Assembly: GCA_965249725.1 (NCBI GenBank)
Contig: OZ252251.1
Coordinates: 608,001 to 672,000, forward strand
Reading direction: 5' to 3'
Length of the DNA stretch: 64,000 nt
DNA from: Longimicrobiales bacterium
Lineage (GTDB): Bacteria; Gemmatimonadota; Gemmatimonadetes; Longimicrobiales; Gaopeijiaceae
The number at the start of each line of letters is the position of its first letter. Within the stretch, counting starts at the first letter, position 1. Below, piece after piece: positions 49,988 to 58,651 of this stretch. Made by a program: the position numbers and the translations under genes. Below the pieces are notes generated by a model. The model ran no database searches. It was not told the origin of the DNA and was given only the letters and a program-made list of their open reading frames with translations.

Positions 49988-51400
49988 ATGTCCTCCGAAT
50001 GCACAAGGCACCCGCAATCCCATCGGAAGCCGCTCACCGGCCTTTCCACGATCCTGACCTGGATCCTCGCACTCGTCGGTGTCTTCCTGATGACCGCGTG
50101 TGCTCCGTGGGACACGCCCGGTACGACCGACTCCTCCTTCGAGTTCGACCTCCCCAACTGGTCCGAGCAGGTAACACTGCGCGAGGGGTGGCTCGAACGT
50201 CGACACGAGATGCTGCTCCCCATGATGCGCCAGTACGATATCGACATGTGGATCATTGTGAACGAGGAGTTCCACGACGATCCGCTGACCGAGTACATCG
50301 CACCTCCCAGGCCCTATACCGGCAACCGCGACATGTTCGTGTTCGTCGACACGGGAGCGGGATTGCGGAGCGTCGCGATCACCGGGTTTTCGGAAGTCAA
50401 TCTCAAGCGTTTCTTCGAGTCGCCCGACGAGCCGCGCCCGGCCAGCGAAGTGCTACCGGAGCTCTATCGCGAGCATGCTCCGCAGCGCATCGCGCTCGCA
50501 ATGGACGGGCGGAAAGGCATGACCCGCAGCCTGACCCATGCGTCGTATGGGTACCTGAGTGAGATCATGGGCCCGGAGGCCACCTCCAGGTTCGTGGGCG
50601 CGGCCGACTTGATCGAAGAGTTTCTCGACACCCGGATTCCCGAGGAACTGGAGTCCTACCGCCAGCTCGTCCAGCTGACGGAGATCATTGCCAAGCGGTC
50701 ACTGTCCGACGAGGTCATCGAGCCCGGCGTCACGACGATCGGTGACGTGCGACGCTGGATCTACAACGCGATGTGGGAATACCGCGTGGGGACGTGGTTC
50801 CAGCCCGACCTGCGGCATCAGCGCGGCGGAAGGCCGAACGACACGTCCAGGGGCTTTCTCGCGGTTGCGCCGGAGGATTGGGTGATCGAGCCGGGCGACG
50901 TGCTGCACCTCGATGTGGGCATTTCCTATCTCGGGTTCGACACCGACTGGCAAAAGATGGCCTATGTGCTTCGCGACGGTGAGGCGGAGCCGCCGGCCGG
51001 CCTCCAAGCCGCCATGGCGAACACGAACGCTCTTCAGGACGCCCTCACGTCGACCGCCCGCCCGGGCCTCACGGCCGGCGAGGTGTACGACGCGACCATG
51101 GCTGTGATGGACGCCCAGTTGATCAACGCCCAGATCTACTCCCATCCGCTCGGCAACCACGGCCACGGCATGGGGCCGAGCATCGACTTCCGGTCGGCCC
51201 GACGGGGCGACACGGCCCGACAGTCGAAGCGCCTCCGGGACGGCTCGTACATCTCGATCGAGCTCAACACCCGCACGGCCGTGCCCGAGTGGGACGGGCA
51301 GGAGGTCTACATCATGATGGAGGATCCTGCACACCTGGACGACGAAGGGTACCACTTCTTCGTGCCACGACAGGAGAGTTTCTACCTCATCGGGGGATGA
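49988..51400 (+). CDS. M24-family (Xaa-Pro aminopeptidase-like) metallopeptidase, probable lipoprotein
   Basis: Hydrophobic N-terminus ending [36 protein letters not shown]. Confidence 0.88.
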   Translation: MSSECTRHPQSHRKPLTGLSTILTWILALVGVFLMTACAPWDTPGTTDSSFEFDLPNWSEQVTLREGWLERRHEMLLPMMRQYDIDMWIIVNEEFHDDPLTEYIAPPRPYTGNRDMFVFVDTGAGLRSVAITGFSEVNLKRFFESPDEPRPASEVLPELYREHAPQRIALAMDGRKGMTRSLTHASYGYLSEIMGPEATSRFVGAADLIEEFLDTRIPEELESYRQLVQLTEIIAKRSLSDEVIEPGVTTIGDVRRWIYNAMWEYRVGTWFQPDLRHQRGGRPNDTSRGFLAVAPEDWVIEPGDVLHLDVGISYLGFDTDWQKMAYVLRDGEAEPPAGLQAAMANTNALQDALTSTARPGLTAGEVYDATMAVMDAQLINAQIYSHPLGNHGHGMGPSIDFRSARRGDTARQSKRLRDGSYISIELNTRTAVPEWDGQEVYIMMEDPAHLDDEGYHFFVPRQESFYLIGG

Positions 51401-51447
51401 GGCGGTGCCTGATCGGAGGCGGTTGAGCCGATCGGGGCCGGTTGCGC

Positions 51448-52134
51448 TCAACGGACCTCGGGTCCCCCCGTCCGATCGTCCGGGACGAATCGATCTCGTG
51501 CCGGCATCACCACCGCCGGCAGGGTCTCGGCGTTCATGACCGCGTCCTCAGGGATGATCTCGTTGAGGTAAAGGACGTAGGCCACGGCACCGTAGACCTC
51601 GTTCGGTGTGAGCGAGCCCGGCGACTCCAACGGCATCGTGCGCGTGACGTAGTCGAAGATCGTGGTGGCGTAGGGCCAGTAGTTTCCGACCGTCTTCGTG
51701 TATTGCCCCCGGGCCGCGCCGAACGGGAAGCCCTCGCGTGGCTCGCGACCGACCAGGCGGTCATTCGGACCCTCGGTGCCGGTGGCCCCGTGACAGACCG
51801 CGCACTTGGCCGAGAACACCTGTGCACCTTCGGCGACGGTTGCACCTCCGGGCGGCAAGCCGGCTCCGTCGGGCCGGACGTCCTTGTCCAAGGCGGCGAT
51901 CTCGGTCGCAGTGGCATCCCGGCCGATCTCGAAGGTGGCAGGCCAGTGCGCCGGAGCCGCTGATGCAACCGGAGGGGGCCCGAACCCGGGAGGGGTCTGC
52001 CGCCCGGCCGAACCCTGTCCACTCGGTGCGGCCGCATCAGGCTGGCACGCCGTAAGGGCGACAGCCAGCCCGATCAGAGTCGCGGCCACTCGATGAGAGT
52101 CACGCAATCCGGAGTCGCTACGTGCGCGGCTCAT
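51448..52134 (-). CDS. soxD: SoxD-like c-type cytochrome
   Basis: DVRPDGAGLPPG; CAVCHG; TVGNYWPYATTIFDYVTRTMP; overlaps soxC stop. Confidence 0.82.
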   Translation of the reverse strand: MSRARSDSGLRDSHRVAATLIGLAVALTACQPDAAAPSGQGSAGRQTPPGFGPPPVASAAPAHWPATFEIGRDATATEIAALDKDVRPDGAGLPPGGATVAEGAQVFSAKCAVCHGATGTEGPNDRLVGREPREGFPFGAARGQYTKTVGNYWPYATTIFDYVTRTMPLESPGSLTPNEVYGAVAYVLYLNEIIPEDAVMNAETLPAVVMPARDRFVPDDRTGGPEVR

Positions 52135-53384
52135 GCTGTATCTCCGCTACCGAAGAAGACACGTCCGTCAGCCTGCACGCTCCATGGTCTGATGCTGTTG
52201 TAGTGGTAGGCGCTTCCTTCGCCTCGGGCCGCCATGAGCGTTTCGAGGCTGGGTTGCGTGTATCCGGTCTCATCGATCGCGCGACTGAGCAGAGTGGTCG
52301 CCCGCCCGTCCCAATTCCAGAGGTGACGGAATCGAGTCGTGCACTTGGAGAGCACGGGCTCCTGAAGCTCGGCCGGCTGCCATGTGCGCCCCCCGTCCGT
52401 ACTCACTTCCACTCGAGTGATGCCGCCCCGCCCGCTCCAGGCCAGTCCAGTGATCTCCCACCAGCCACGCTCCGGGAGCACATACGGGAAGGTGGGGAAG
52501 GTGATCGTGGACTTCGCGTCCATCACGAGGCTGAACTGGCGCGAGGTGCCGTCGGCTAGCGGGTCCGTGTACTTGGACGTCTCGTCTCGTGTCATGAAGG
52601 GCCCGTCCGACACCTCGATGCGTCGGATCCACTTCACCTGAGCATTCCCCTCCCATCCCGGGAGGAGGAGTCGGGCCGGGTATCCCTGTTCCGGCCGGAT
52701 CGCCTCACCATTTTGCCCGAAGGCGATCATGGCGTCGTCCCATGCCTTCTCCAGAGGGACGCTCCGGCCCATGACGGCTGCATCGCCGCCCTCGGCCAGC
52801 AGCCAGGTCGCACCGGGCCGCACCCCCACCTCGCGCAGGAGGGTGGCAAGTGCCACGCCCGTCCACTCACTCGTGCTGAGGAGTCCGTCGATCTGCTGCG
52901 GTGAGACTTCGGGGCGGGGCTCGCGGTTGTAGGCCGCCCCACCATTCCCTGAACACTCGACGAAGCAGAGGCGAGATACCGCCGGGAGGCGCTTCAGGTC
53001 GCGCAACGTGAACGTCATGGGTCGCTCTACCATGCCGTGGACCACGAGCGAATACTGTTCCGGCTCGATGTCGGGAATCCCCCCGTGGTGCCGTTCGAAG
53101 TGGAGATCGGCCGGAGTGATGATTCCGCGAAGCTCATGGATGGGAGTCCGTGAGGAAGACGAAGGACCGGGCCGCATTCCCGCGCGTCTCGGCTGTTCCC
53201 CCGGCGCCCTCTGACCCAGTTCGCTGGTCCCCCTTCCAAGCACCTTCGTGGGGTCCGGCGGGGCTTGCTGGGGTGTGGGTTGAGCGTCACCCAAGGAAAG
53301 GGCGTCGGCCTGCGTCTTGAGGAGGCCGCCGGCGATCAGGCCTCCGGTTGCTCCGAGCATCGCGCGGCGTGACAGGCGGGCCAT
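52131..53384 (-). CDS. soxC: SoxC-like sulfite/sulfane dehydrogenase molybdopterin subunit
   Basis: Tat SRRAML; GIITPADLHFERHHGG; FVECSGN (Mo-ligating Cys); RPEQGYPARL; ETSKYTD; GLAWSG. Confidence 0.88.
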   Translation of the reverse strand: MARLSRRAMLGATGGLIAGGLLKTQADALSLGDAQPTPQQAPPDPTKVLGRGTSELGQRAPGEQPRRAGMRPGPSSSSRTPIHELRGIITPADLHFERHHGGIPDIEPEQYSLVVHGMVERPMTFTLRDLKRLPAVSRLCFVECSGNGGAAYNREPRPEVSPQQIDGLLSTSEWTGVALATLLREVGVRPGATWLLAEGGDAAVMGRSVPLEKAWDDAMIAFGQNGEAIRPEQGYPARLLLPGWEGNAQVKWIRRIEVSDGPFMTRDETSKYTDPLADGTSRQFSLVMDAKSTITFPTFPYVLPERGWWEITGLAWSGRGGITRVEVSTDGGRTWQPAELQEPVLSKCTTRFRHLWNWDGRATTLLSRAIDETGYTQPSLETLMAARGEGSAYHYNSIRPWSVQADGRVFFGSGDTA

Positions 53385-53532
53385 GACACCTCCAGAATCC
53401 GACGTTTCGCGACGGGCCCCTCGCGGAGCATCCCCGGAGAGTCCCGAGATCGCCCCTCCCGTAGCGTCTGAGGAGAGCAACCTCCGTCCCGTTCGAGGTC
53501 TCCCGCAAGTCCCCCGGCCGGGCCCTCCCGCG

Positions 53533-53562
53533 TTGACAGGGTCGGCAGGCCCCCTTTAGCGT
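53533..53562 (+). promoter_or_regulatory. Putative sigma70 promoter (TTGACA-N18-TAGCGT)
   Basis: Perfect -35 TTGACA at 53533-53538; TAnnnT at 53557-53562; ATG begins 7 nt after the last -10 base. Confidence 0.6.
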
Positions 53563-53568
53563 CATGGC

Positions 53569-53901
53569 ATGATCTGGTTGCGCGAATGCTTGACCAAGCG
53601 ATTGGGGGCAGGGCTGGCGGTTTGGACGCTGGCCGTGGGGGTTACGATCCCTTTCCTCGATCGAGACCTGCTGGGCTTCGACATCGCCATCGAGGCGGAG
53701 CACCAGGAGGCGTGTAGCGTTCCGGCCCACGATCACACGATCTGCTCCCAATACGGCAAGCATCCGTGGGCGACCCCTCCAAGCGAAGTCGACCCGGCTC
53801 TCCCGCCGTCCATAGTGGAGGCCGTGGTGCATCGGCAGGACTTGATTCCACCGAGGCGCCTTTCCCGCCCAGCGCACCCCCGAGCTCCACCCACCCTCTG
53901 A
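53569..53901 (+). CDS. DUF2946-like leader peptide with Cys/His cluster and C-terminal RAPP motif
   Basis: Hydrophobic segment LGAGLAVWTLAVGVTIPFL; HQEACSVPAHDHTIC; Pro-rich linker; ends HPRAPPTL. Confidence 0.75.
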   Translation: MIWLRECLTKRLGAGLAVWTLAVGVTIPFLDRDLLGFDIAIEAEHQEACSVPAHDHTICSQYGKHPWATPPSEVDPALPPSIVEAVVHRQDLIPPRRLSRPAHPRAPPTL

Positions 53902-53903
53902 GA

Positions 53904-54014
53904 TCCTTCCTGCATCTAGCAGGAAGACCGTGAGCGCGGTGCCCTGACGGCACACGCGCCCCATCGGTCGTCGCCCCTCCCGAGAGACTGGGAGACGGGC
54001 TTTCAGGGGAAGGA
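53904..54014 (+). promoter_or_regulatory. Structured intergenic RNA with anti-SD
   Basis: Hairpins 53906-53926, 53934-53959, 53973-54000; TCCTTCC (53904-53910) is the reverse complement of GGAAGGA (54008-54014). Confidence 0.55.
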
Positions 54015-54016
54015 AA

Positions 54017-55351
54017 GTGAAGCAACAAACCATCCGAGGCCTGAGCCTCTTCATTCTATGTGCCGCCTTCGTGGCGGCTCCGGGTACCGCCCGGGGGCAA
54101 GACGTGTCGCGCTCCCAGGCCGACTCGTTGCGCGCCGAGATCGCCGAGCTTCGGAGCCAGCTCGACAGCATCCGCGTGCTCGTCGCGCAGGGGGGCGCGG
54201 AGCCGGACGAGGAAGATGACGCCCTTGCCCGTCTCCGAGCGGCGGCCCGAGCGGCGGCGGGGGGACCCGAGGCCGACACACCCGCGCTAGACGAGGGCGA
54301 CCAGGAGTTCGTGGGCCGTTCCCGCTCTCTGCAGGCGCTGAACCCCGAAATCAGTGTGACGGGTGACCTCTTATTCTCGATTCAGAGCGAGGACGCCGAC
54401 GCCGACAACTTCGTCCCTCGGGAATTCGAGTTCTCATTCGTCTCGGCGCTGGATCCCTTTTCGAGAGCCAAGATCTTCCTCTCGGCGGAAGAGGAGGGCG
54501 CCCGGATCGAGGTCTTCCCGGGGGCGGAGGAAGAGGCCGATGAGCATGGTCCGGGGCTCGCGGTCGAGGAGGGCTACCTGGAGTGGGTGGGGATCGCCGG
54601 GGGCGTAGGGATCAAGGTAGGGCGCTTCTTCCAACAATTCGGGCAGGTGAATCGTTGGCACAGCCATGCCCTTCAGTTCCAGAGCCGTTCGCTGCCACAC
54701 CTGGCGTTCATCGGGGAAGAGGCGCTCGCACAGGATGGCGCGTCGCTGCGGTGGCTTCTCCCGAACAACGGAGGTGGAGCCTACGAAGCGACCGTCGAGG
54801 TGACGCGAAGCACGAACCATGGCCTGTTCGGGGAATCTCGGGGACCGAGTTACCTGGGGCACTTCAACGCCTTCTGGCAACTCTCCTCAGCGGTCGATCT
54901 GGACCTGGGGTTGAGCGCGATCTTCGGAGACCACCTGGCAGACGGCGTCACCTATTCCAACCGACTGTTCGGAGCCGAGGCGGCGTTGAGTTGGGTGCCT
55001 CCGGATCGGTCCCGGTACCGGGGCGTCACGCTCAGAGGGGGCGTCATGGTGTCCGATCCGGGGGCCGCATCAGGCTCCCCGGCGCCCGAGTCGGCCTTGG
55101 GAATCTGGTCCCTCGCGGAGATCAAGTTGTCGAGGCAGTGGATCGCCGGTGGCCGCTATGAGTGGGTGGAGAACCCCGATGACCCCACGGAGACGGCGTG
55201 GCTGGCATCCCCGGCGCTGACGTACTGGCAAAGCGAGTTCGTTCGACTGAGAGCGGAGTACGATGTGTTGGGCAACCCGGGGGCAACCACGGGCCAGTTC
55301 ACGCTCCGAATCACGTTCGCCATGGGACCTCACAAGCACGAGACGTACTGA
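54017..55351 (+). CDS. Outer membrane beta-barrel protein of metal-uptake loci
   Basis: Signal peptide, coiled-coil N-region, LNPEISV, SALDPF, VEEGYL, FGQVNRWHSH, SEFVRLRAEY, C-terminal GPHKHETY. Confidence 0.75.
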   Translation: MKQQTIRGLSLFILCAAFVAAPGTARGQDVSRSQADSLRAEIAELRSQLDSIRVLVAQGGAEPDEEDDALARLRAAARAAAGGPEADTPALDEGDQEFVGRSRSLQALNPEISVTGDLLFSIQSEDADADNFVPREFEFSFVSALDPFSRAKIFLSAEEEGARIEVFPGAEEEADEHGPGLAVEEGYLEWVGIAGGVGIKVGRFFQQFGQVNRWHSHALQFQSRSLPHLAFIGEEALAQDGASLRWLLPNNGGGAYEATVEVTRSTNHGLFGESRGPSYLGHFNAFWQLSSAVDLDLGLSAIFGDHLADGVTYSNRLFGAEAALSWVPPDRSRYRGVTLRGGVMVSDPGAASGSPAPESALGIWSLAEIKLSRQWIAGGRYEWVENPDDPTETAWLASPALTYWQSEFVRLRAEYDVLGNPGATTGQFTLRITFAMGPHKHETY

Positions 55352-55361
55352 GGGTATAGCG

Positions 55362-56435
55362 ATGATGAAAGCACTAGCGATAGTCGTGATGACGGGTTGG
55401 ATGTCCGGGCTTCACGGGGATGCGGCGCCTGGCGCCGGTCCGGACCGGCAGGAGCCTGTTCGCGTCGTCACGACGCTCCCCGTGTACGCGGATCTCGTGC
55501 GGAAGATCGGCGGAGCCGAAGTCGAGGTGTCCTCCATCGCCGCACCGAATGAGGACTCACACTTCGTCCGCCCAAAGCCCAGCTTCGCAGTACAGATCCG
55601 GCGGGCAGAGATGTTCGTCACGACCGGGCTCGACCTCGAGCTGTGGGTCCCGACCCTTCTCGATCGCGCCGGGAACCGCGATGTGTCCGAGGGTGGCCGA
55701 GGCTATGTGACGGCCTACACGGGGGTCGAGCTGTTGGACATTCCGACCTCGATCGATCGAAGTGGAGGCGACGTCCACGTCTTCGGGAATCCCCACCTGG
55801 TTACCGATCCCCTCCGGACCCTCCGAGTGGCCCGGAACATCACGGTCGGCCTGAAGAGGGTGGCGCCCGAACGGTCTCGAATCTGGGACGTCGGCCTCGC
55901 GCGCCTGACTGAGGAGATCTACGTCAGGCTCTTCGGGGAGACGTTGGTCGAGCTCCTCGGGGGAGATGTTCTGGCCGACCTGGCCTTGAAGGGCACGCTC
56001 TATCCGTTCCTCGAAGTCGAGGAGTGGCAGGGCAGGCCCCTGATTCACGAATTGGGTGGATGGCTCGGAATAGCGGAGCCGTTCCGCGGCCGCGACATCA
56101 TCTGCTACCACAAGAACTGGGCGTATCTCGAGGATCGCTTCGGTGTTCAGTGCGCCGACTACGTCGAGGCCAAACCCGGCATCCCGCCCACTCCCGGCCA
56201 TGTGGCCGATCTCCTCGAGAAGATGTCGAATGAGGGCCTGGACGTGATCCTGGCCGCCTCGTACTTCGACCAGAAGAAGGTCGATTCCGTGGCCCGGCGC
56301 AGCGGCGCCCACGTCGTCGTCGTCCCCATGAACCCCGGAGGCAAGGATGGTGTCGACGACTACTTCGCCCTCGTGGACGACTGGGTCGAGGGATTGGCCG
56401 AGGCGCTCGGTCCGTCCACCGGTCCGTCCAGATGA
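55362..56435 (+). CDS. Metal ABC transporter substrate-binding protein (ZnuA/TroA cluster A-I)
   Basis: VVTTLP; EDSHFVRPKPS; GLDLELW; GDVHVFGNPHL; YHKNW; EAKPGIPPTPGH. Confidence 0.9.
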   Translation: MMKALAIVVMTGWMSGLHGDAAPGAGPDRQEPVRVVTTLPVYADLVRKIGGAEVEVSSIAAPNEDSHFVRPKPSFAVQIRRAEMFVTTGLDLELWVPTLLDRAGNRDVSEGGRGYVTAYTGVELLDIPTSIDRSGGDVHVFGNPHLVTDPLRTLRVARNITVGLKRVAPERSRIWDVGLARLTEEIYVRLFGETLVELLGGDVLADLALKGTLYPFLEVEEWQGRPLIHELGGWLGIAEPFRGRDIICYHKNWAYLEDRFGVQCADYVEAKPGIPPTPGHVADLLEKMSNEGLDVILAASYFDQKKVDSVARRSGAHVVVVPMNPGGKDGVDDYFALVDDWVEGLAEALGPSTGPSR

Positions 56436-56467
56436 TCAGCCGACACACTCTGGCAATGAGGCTCTAG

Positions 56468-57289
56468 ATGCTCGACCTGATGCTCGCGCCCATCGCGGCC
56501 GGCCTCGTCATTCTCGCGATTCATGCCTATCTGGGGCTGCACGTCATCGCGAGGGGGGTGATCTTCGTCGATCTGGCCTTCGCCCAGATCGCCGCGTTGG
56601 GCACTACCGTGGGACTGATGATGGGTGTAGAGCATGGGACACCCATGTCGGTGGCCTTCTCACTCGGGTTCACGCTGATCGGCGCTCTCATTTTCTCGTT
56701 CAGCCGCCTCGAGGAGACTGTCGTGCCTCAGGAGGCCATTATCGGCATCACATATGTCGTGGCCTCGGCGGCGGTCATCCTCATCGCCGGTTTTACGGCC
56801 GAGGGTGCGCAACACGTGGCCGAGACCATGACGGGTACGCTCATCTGGGTGACCTGGCCTCAGATTCTCCGCATGGCTGTGGTCTATGTGGTCTTGGGTG
56901 TCTTCTACTACGCGTTCCGGCATCGCTTCGTCGCTCTGTCGATGCGTGACGACACGCTCGAGCAGGGCCGGCTCTGGGACTTCCTGTTCTACGTCGCCTT
57001 CGGAGTCGTGATCACGTTTTCGGTAGCCATTGCCGGTGTCCTCATGGTCTTCAGCGCTCTGGTGATTCCAGCCGTCGTGGCCTTTCTGTTCACGAGCCGA
57101 TTCCTCGTAGCTCTGGTGTTGGCGTGGGTCGTGGGGACCGCTGCGCTGGTGACCGGAGTGGTGGCGTCCTTCGTACTGGACGTCGCGACAGGACCGTTGC
57201 TGGTATGTACGTTCGGACTGGCGCTGGTCGTGGCACTGCTCGTTCGGTGGGGAACCGGGGTCCAACCCGGAGGCGATCTCCAGGTTTGA
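56468..57289 (+). CDS. Metal ABC transporter permease (ZnuB/ABC-3)
   Basis: YLGLHVIARGVIFVDLAFAQIAALG; EAIIG; GVLMVFSALVIPA; TGPLLV. Confidence 0.9.
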   Translation: MLDLMLAPIAAGLVILAIHAYLGLHVIARGVIFVDLAFAQIAALGTTVGLMMGVEHGTPMSVAFSLGFTLIGALIFSFSRLEETVVPQEAIIGITYVVASAAVILIAGFTAEGAQHVAETMTGTLIWVTWPQILRMAVVYVVLGVFYYAFRHRFVALSMRDDTLEQGRLWDFLFYVAFGVVITFSVAIAGVLMVFSALVIPAVVAFLFTSRFLVALVLAWVVGTAALVTGVVASFVLDVATGPLLVCTFGLALVVALLVRWGTGVQPGGDLQV

Positions 57290-57404
57290 GGGCGGCGGGC
57301 TCAGCGACCCCGGACGGTCGAATGGAGCACCTGATGTGTAACGTTGAGGCGCGTTCGCTGTATCCTTAGCAGCGCATCATGGAAAATCGAACTCGGAGGG
57401 CGAA

Positions 57405-57971
57405 TTGAAGCGTCTAGTCTGCGCGCTTTTGGTGGCCACGTTTCCGATCGTGTCGGGTTGTGGTGGCGACGATCCAGTCGGACCCATTGCATCCGGCCCG
57501 ATGCAGTTGAGCATCACGGGCATCGCCCCGTCTGACATCGAAGCCGGAGTCATCGACCGGAACGTCAGCATTACGACTGCAGCGGCCAATCTGTGGCCCA
57601 GCTACGTACGCCTCGTGTCGGACCTGTGTGGTCGAGATCCGGTGGGGTTCTCGATCAACTCGCTCGCGATGTCACTCGACTTCGAAGAGAGCCTGAACGT
57701 CTCGCAACTCGAGGAGGTCTTTGACGGCACCGTGACCATCTACCTGACCGCCGGAGGCGCGACGGTGGAAATCGGTACCGGATTGGTTTCCGGTGCGGGC
57801 CCTGTCACGCTACAGGGCGTCAGCACGGAGGAGGCGCTGGCCGTGCTCTATACCCAGATGCTGGCGGGGACGTTTCAGGTGGGCCTGAGGGCCGAAACCT
57901 CTCGCACCGCCGAGGACGATTTCTCGCTCGACGTGGAGGTGTCCTTCCTCACGCGCGCCTCTTGCCAGTAG
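57405..57971 (+). CDS. Hypothetical lipoprotein
   Basis: SD GGAGG; MKRLVCALLVATFPIVSGC lipobox. Confidence 0.7.
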   Translation: MKRLVCALLVATFPIVSGCGGDDPVGPIASGPMQLSITGIAPSDIEAGVIDRNVSITTAAANLWPSYVRLVSDLCGRDPVGFSINSLAMSLDFEESLNVSQLEEVFDGTVTIYLTAGGATVEIGTGLVSGAGPVTLQGVSTEEALAVLYTQMLAGTFQVGLRAETSRTAEDDFSLDVEVSFLTRASCQ

Positions 57972-58023
57972 GCATTCGGGCGGAGCGGACCCTCGGCCAG
58001 TAACAGTTCGCCGGACAGTCCCC

Positions 58024-58584
58024 TCAGAACGACCAGTTCACGATGGGCAGGAACTGAAGGCTCTCCTTGCCACTGATGATGTTGATCAGCCCGATCTGGA
58101 TGCCATGCATGTTCTCGGCCCAGTTCACGATGCCCAGCTGGAACCCCGAGATATCGCGCGCCCGGTTGAAGAAGCCGAACTGAAACGCCTCGCCCCAATC
58201 GATCTGGTTGTAGACGCTGAACCCTTGGACGCCCACGAATTCCTGTTGATTGATGTTGGCCAGGATATTGTTCTGCCACCCCAGGAAGGCGCCCTCGACG
58301 ACGCCCACCGCGCCCCACTGTAGTCCCTTGGACACGCCACCGGTGCTGTGGTTCACCACGCCGATATCGAGCCCCCGAACGGCCACGTTCTTGCTGTAGA
58401 GGCCCAGCCGAAGGATGCGGATCGCGGACTCTTCGCTACGAATCTGAATTGGCGGGAAGAGGGAGAGCTCGAAGTTCTGGACGGAGTCGTCGACTCCGGA
58501 GGGCTGCTGTGCCTCCATCTGCGCGGGGGCAGCGGCGATGGCGATCAAGAATCCGACGACTAGAATGAGCGGAGACGCTCTCAC
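58024..58584 (-). CDS. Secreted LA_2272-like G-x-Q-x-G-x-x-N repeat protein
   Basis: Repeats GLQWGAVG, AFQFGFFN, GFQLGIVN, GIQIGLIN; ends FLPIVNWSF. Confidence 0.8.
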   Translation of the reverse strand: MRASPLILVVGFLIAIAAAPAQMEAQQPSGVDDSVQNFELSLFPPIQIRSEESAIRILRLGLYSKNVAVRGLDIGVVNHSTGGVSKGLQWGAVGVVEGAFLGWQNNILANINQQEFVGVQGFSVYNQIDWGEAFQFGFFNRARDISGFQLGIVNWAENMHGIQIGLINIISGKESLQFLPIVNWSF

Positions 58585-58651
58585 TACTACCTCCCGAGTC
58601 CAGGTCTGTTGGTGGTTTCCCCGTTACCGGCCAACCTACGCCACGGTATGC

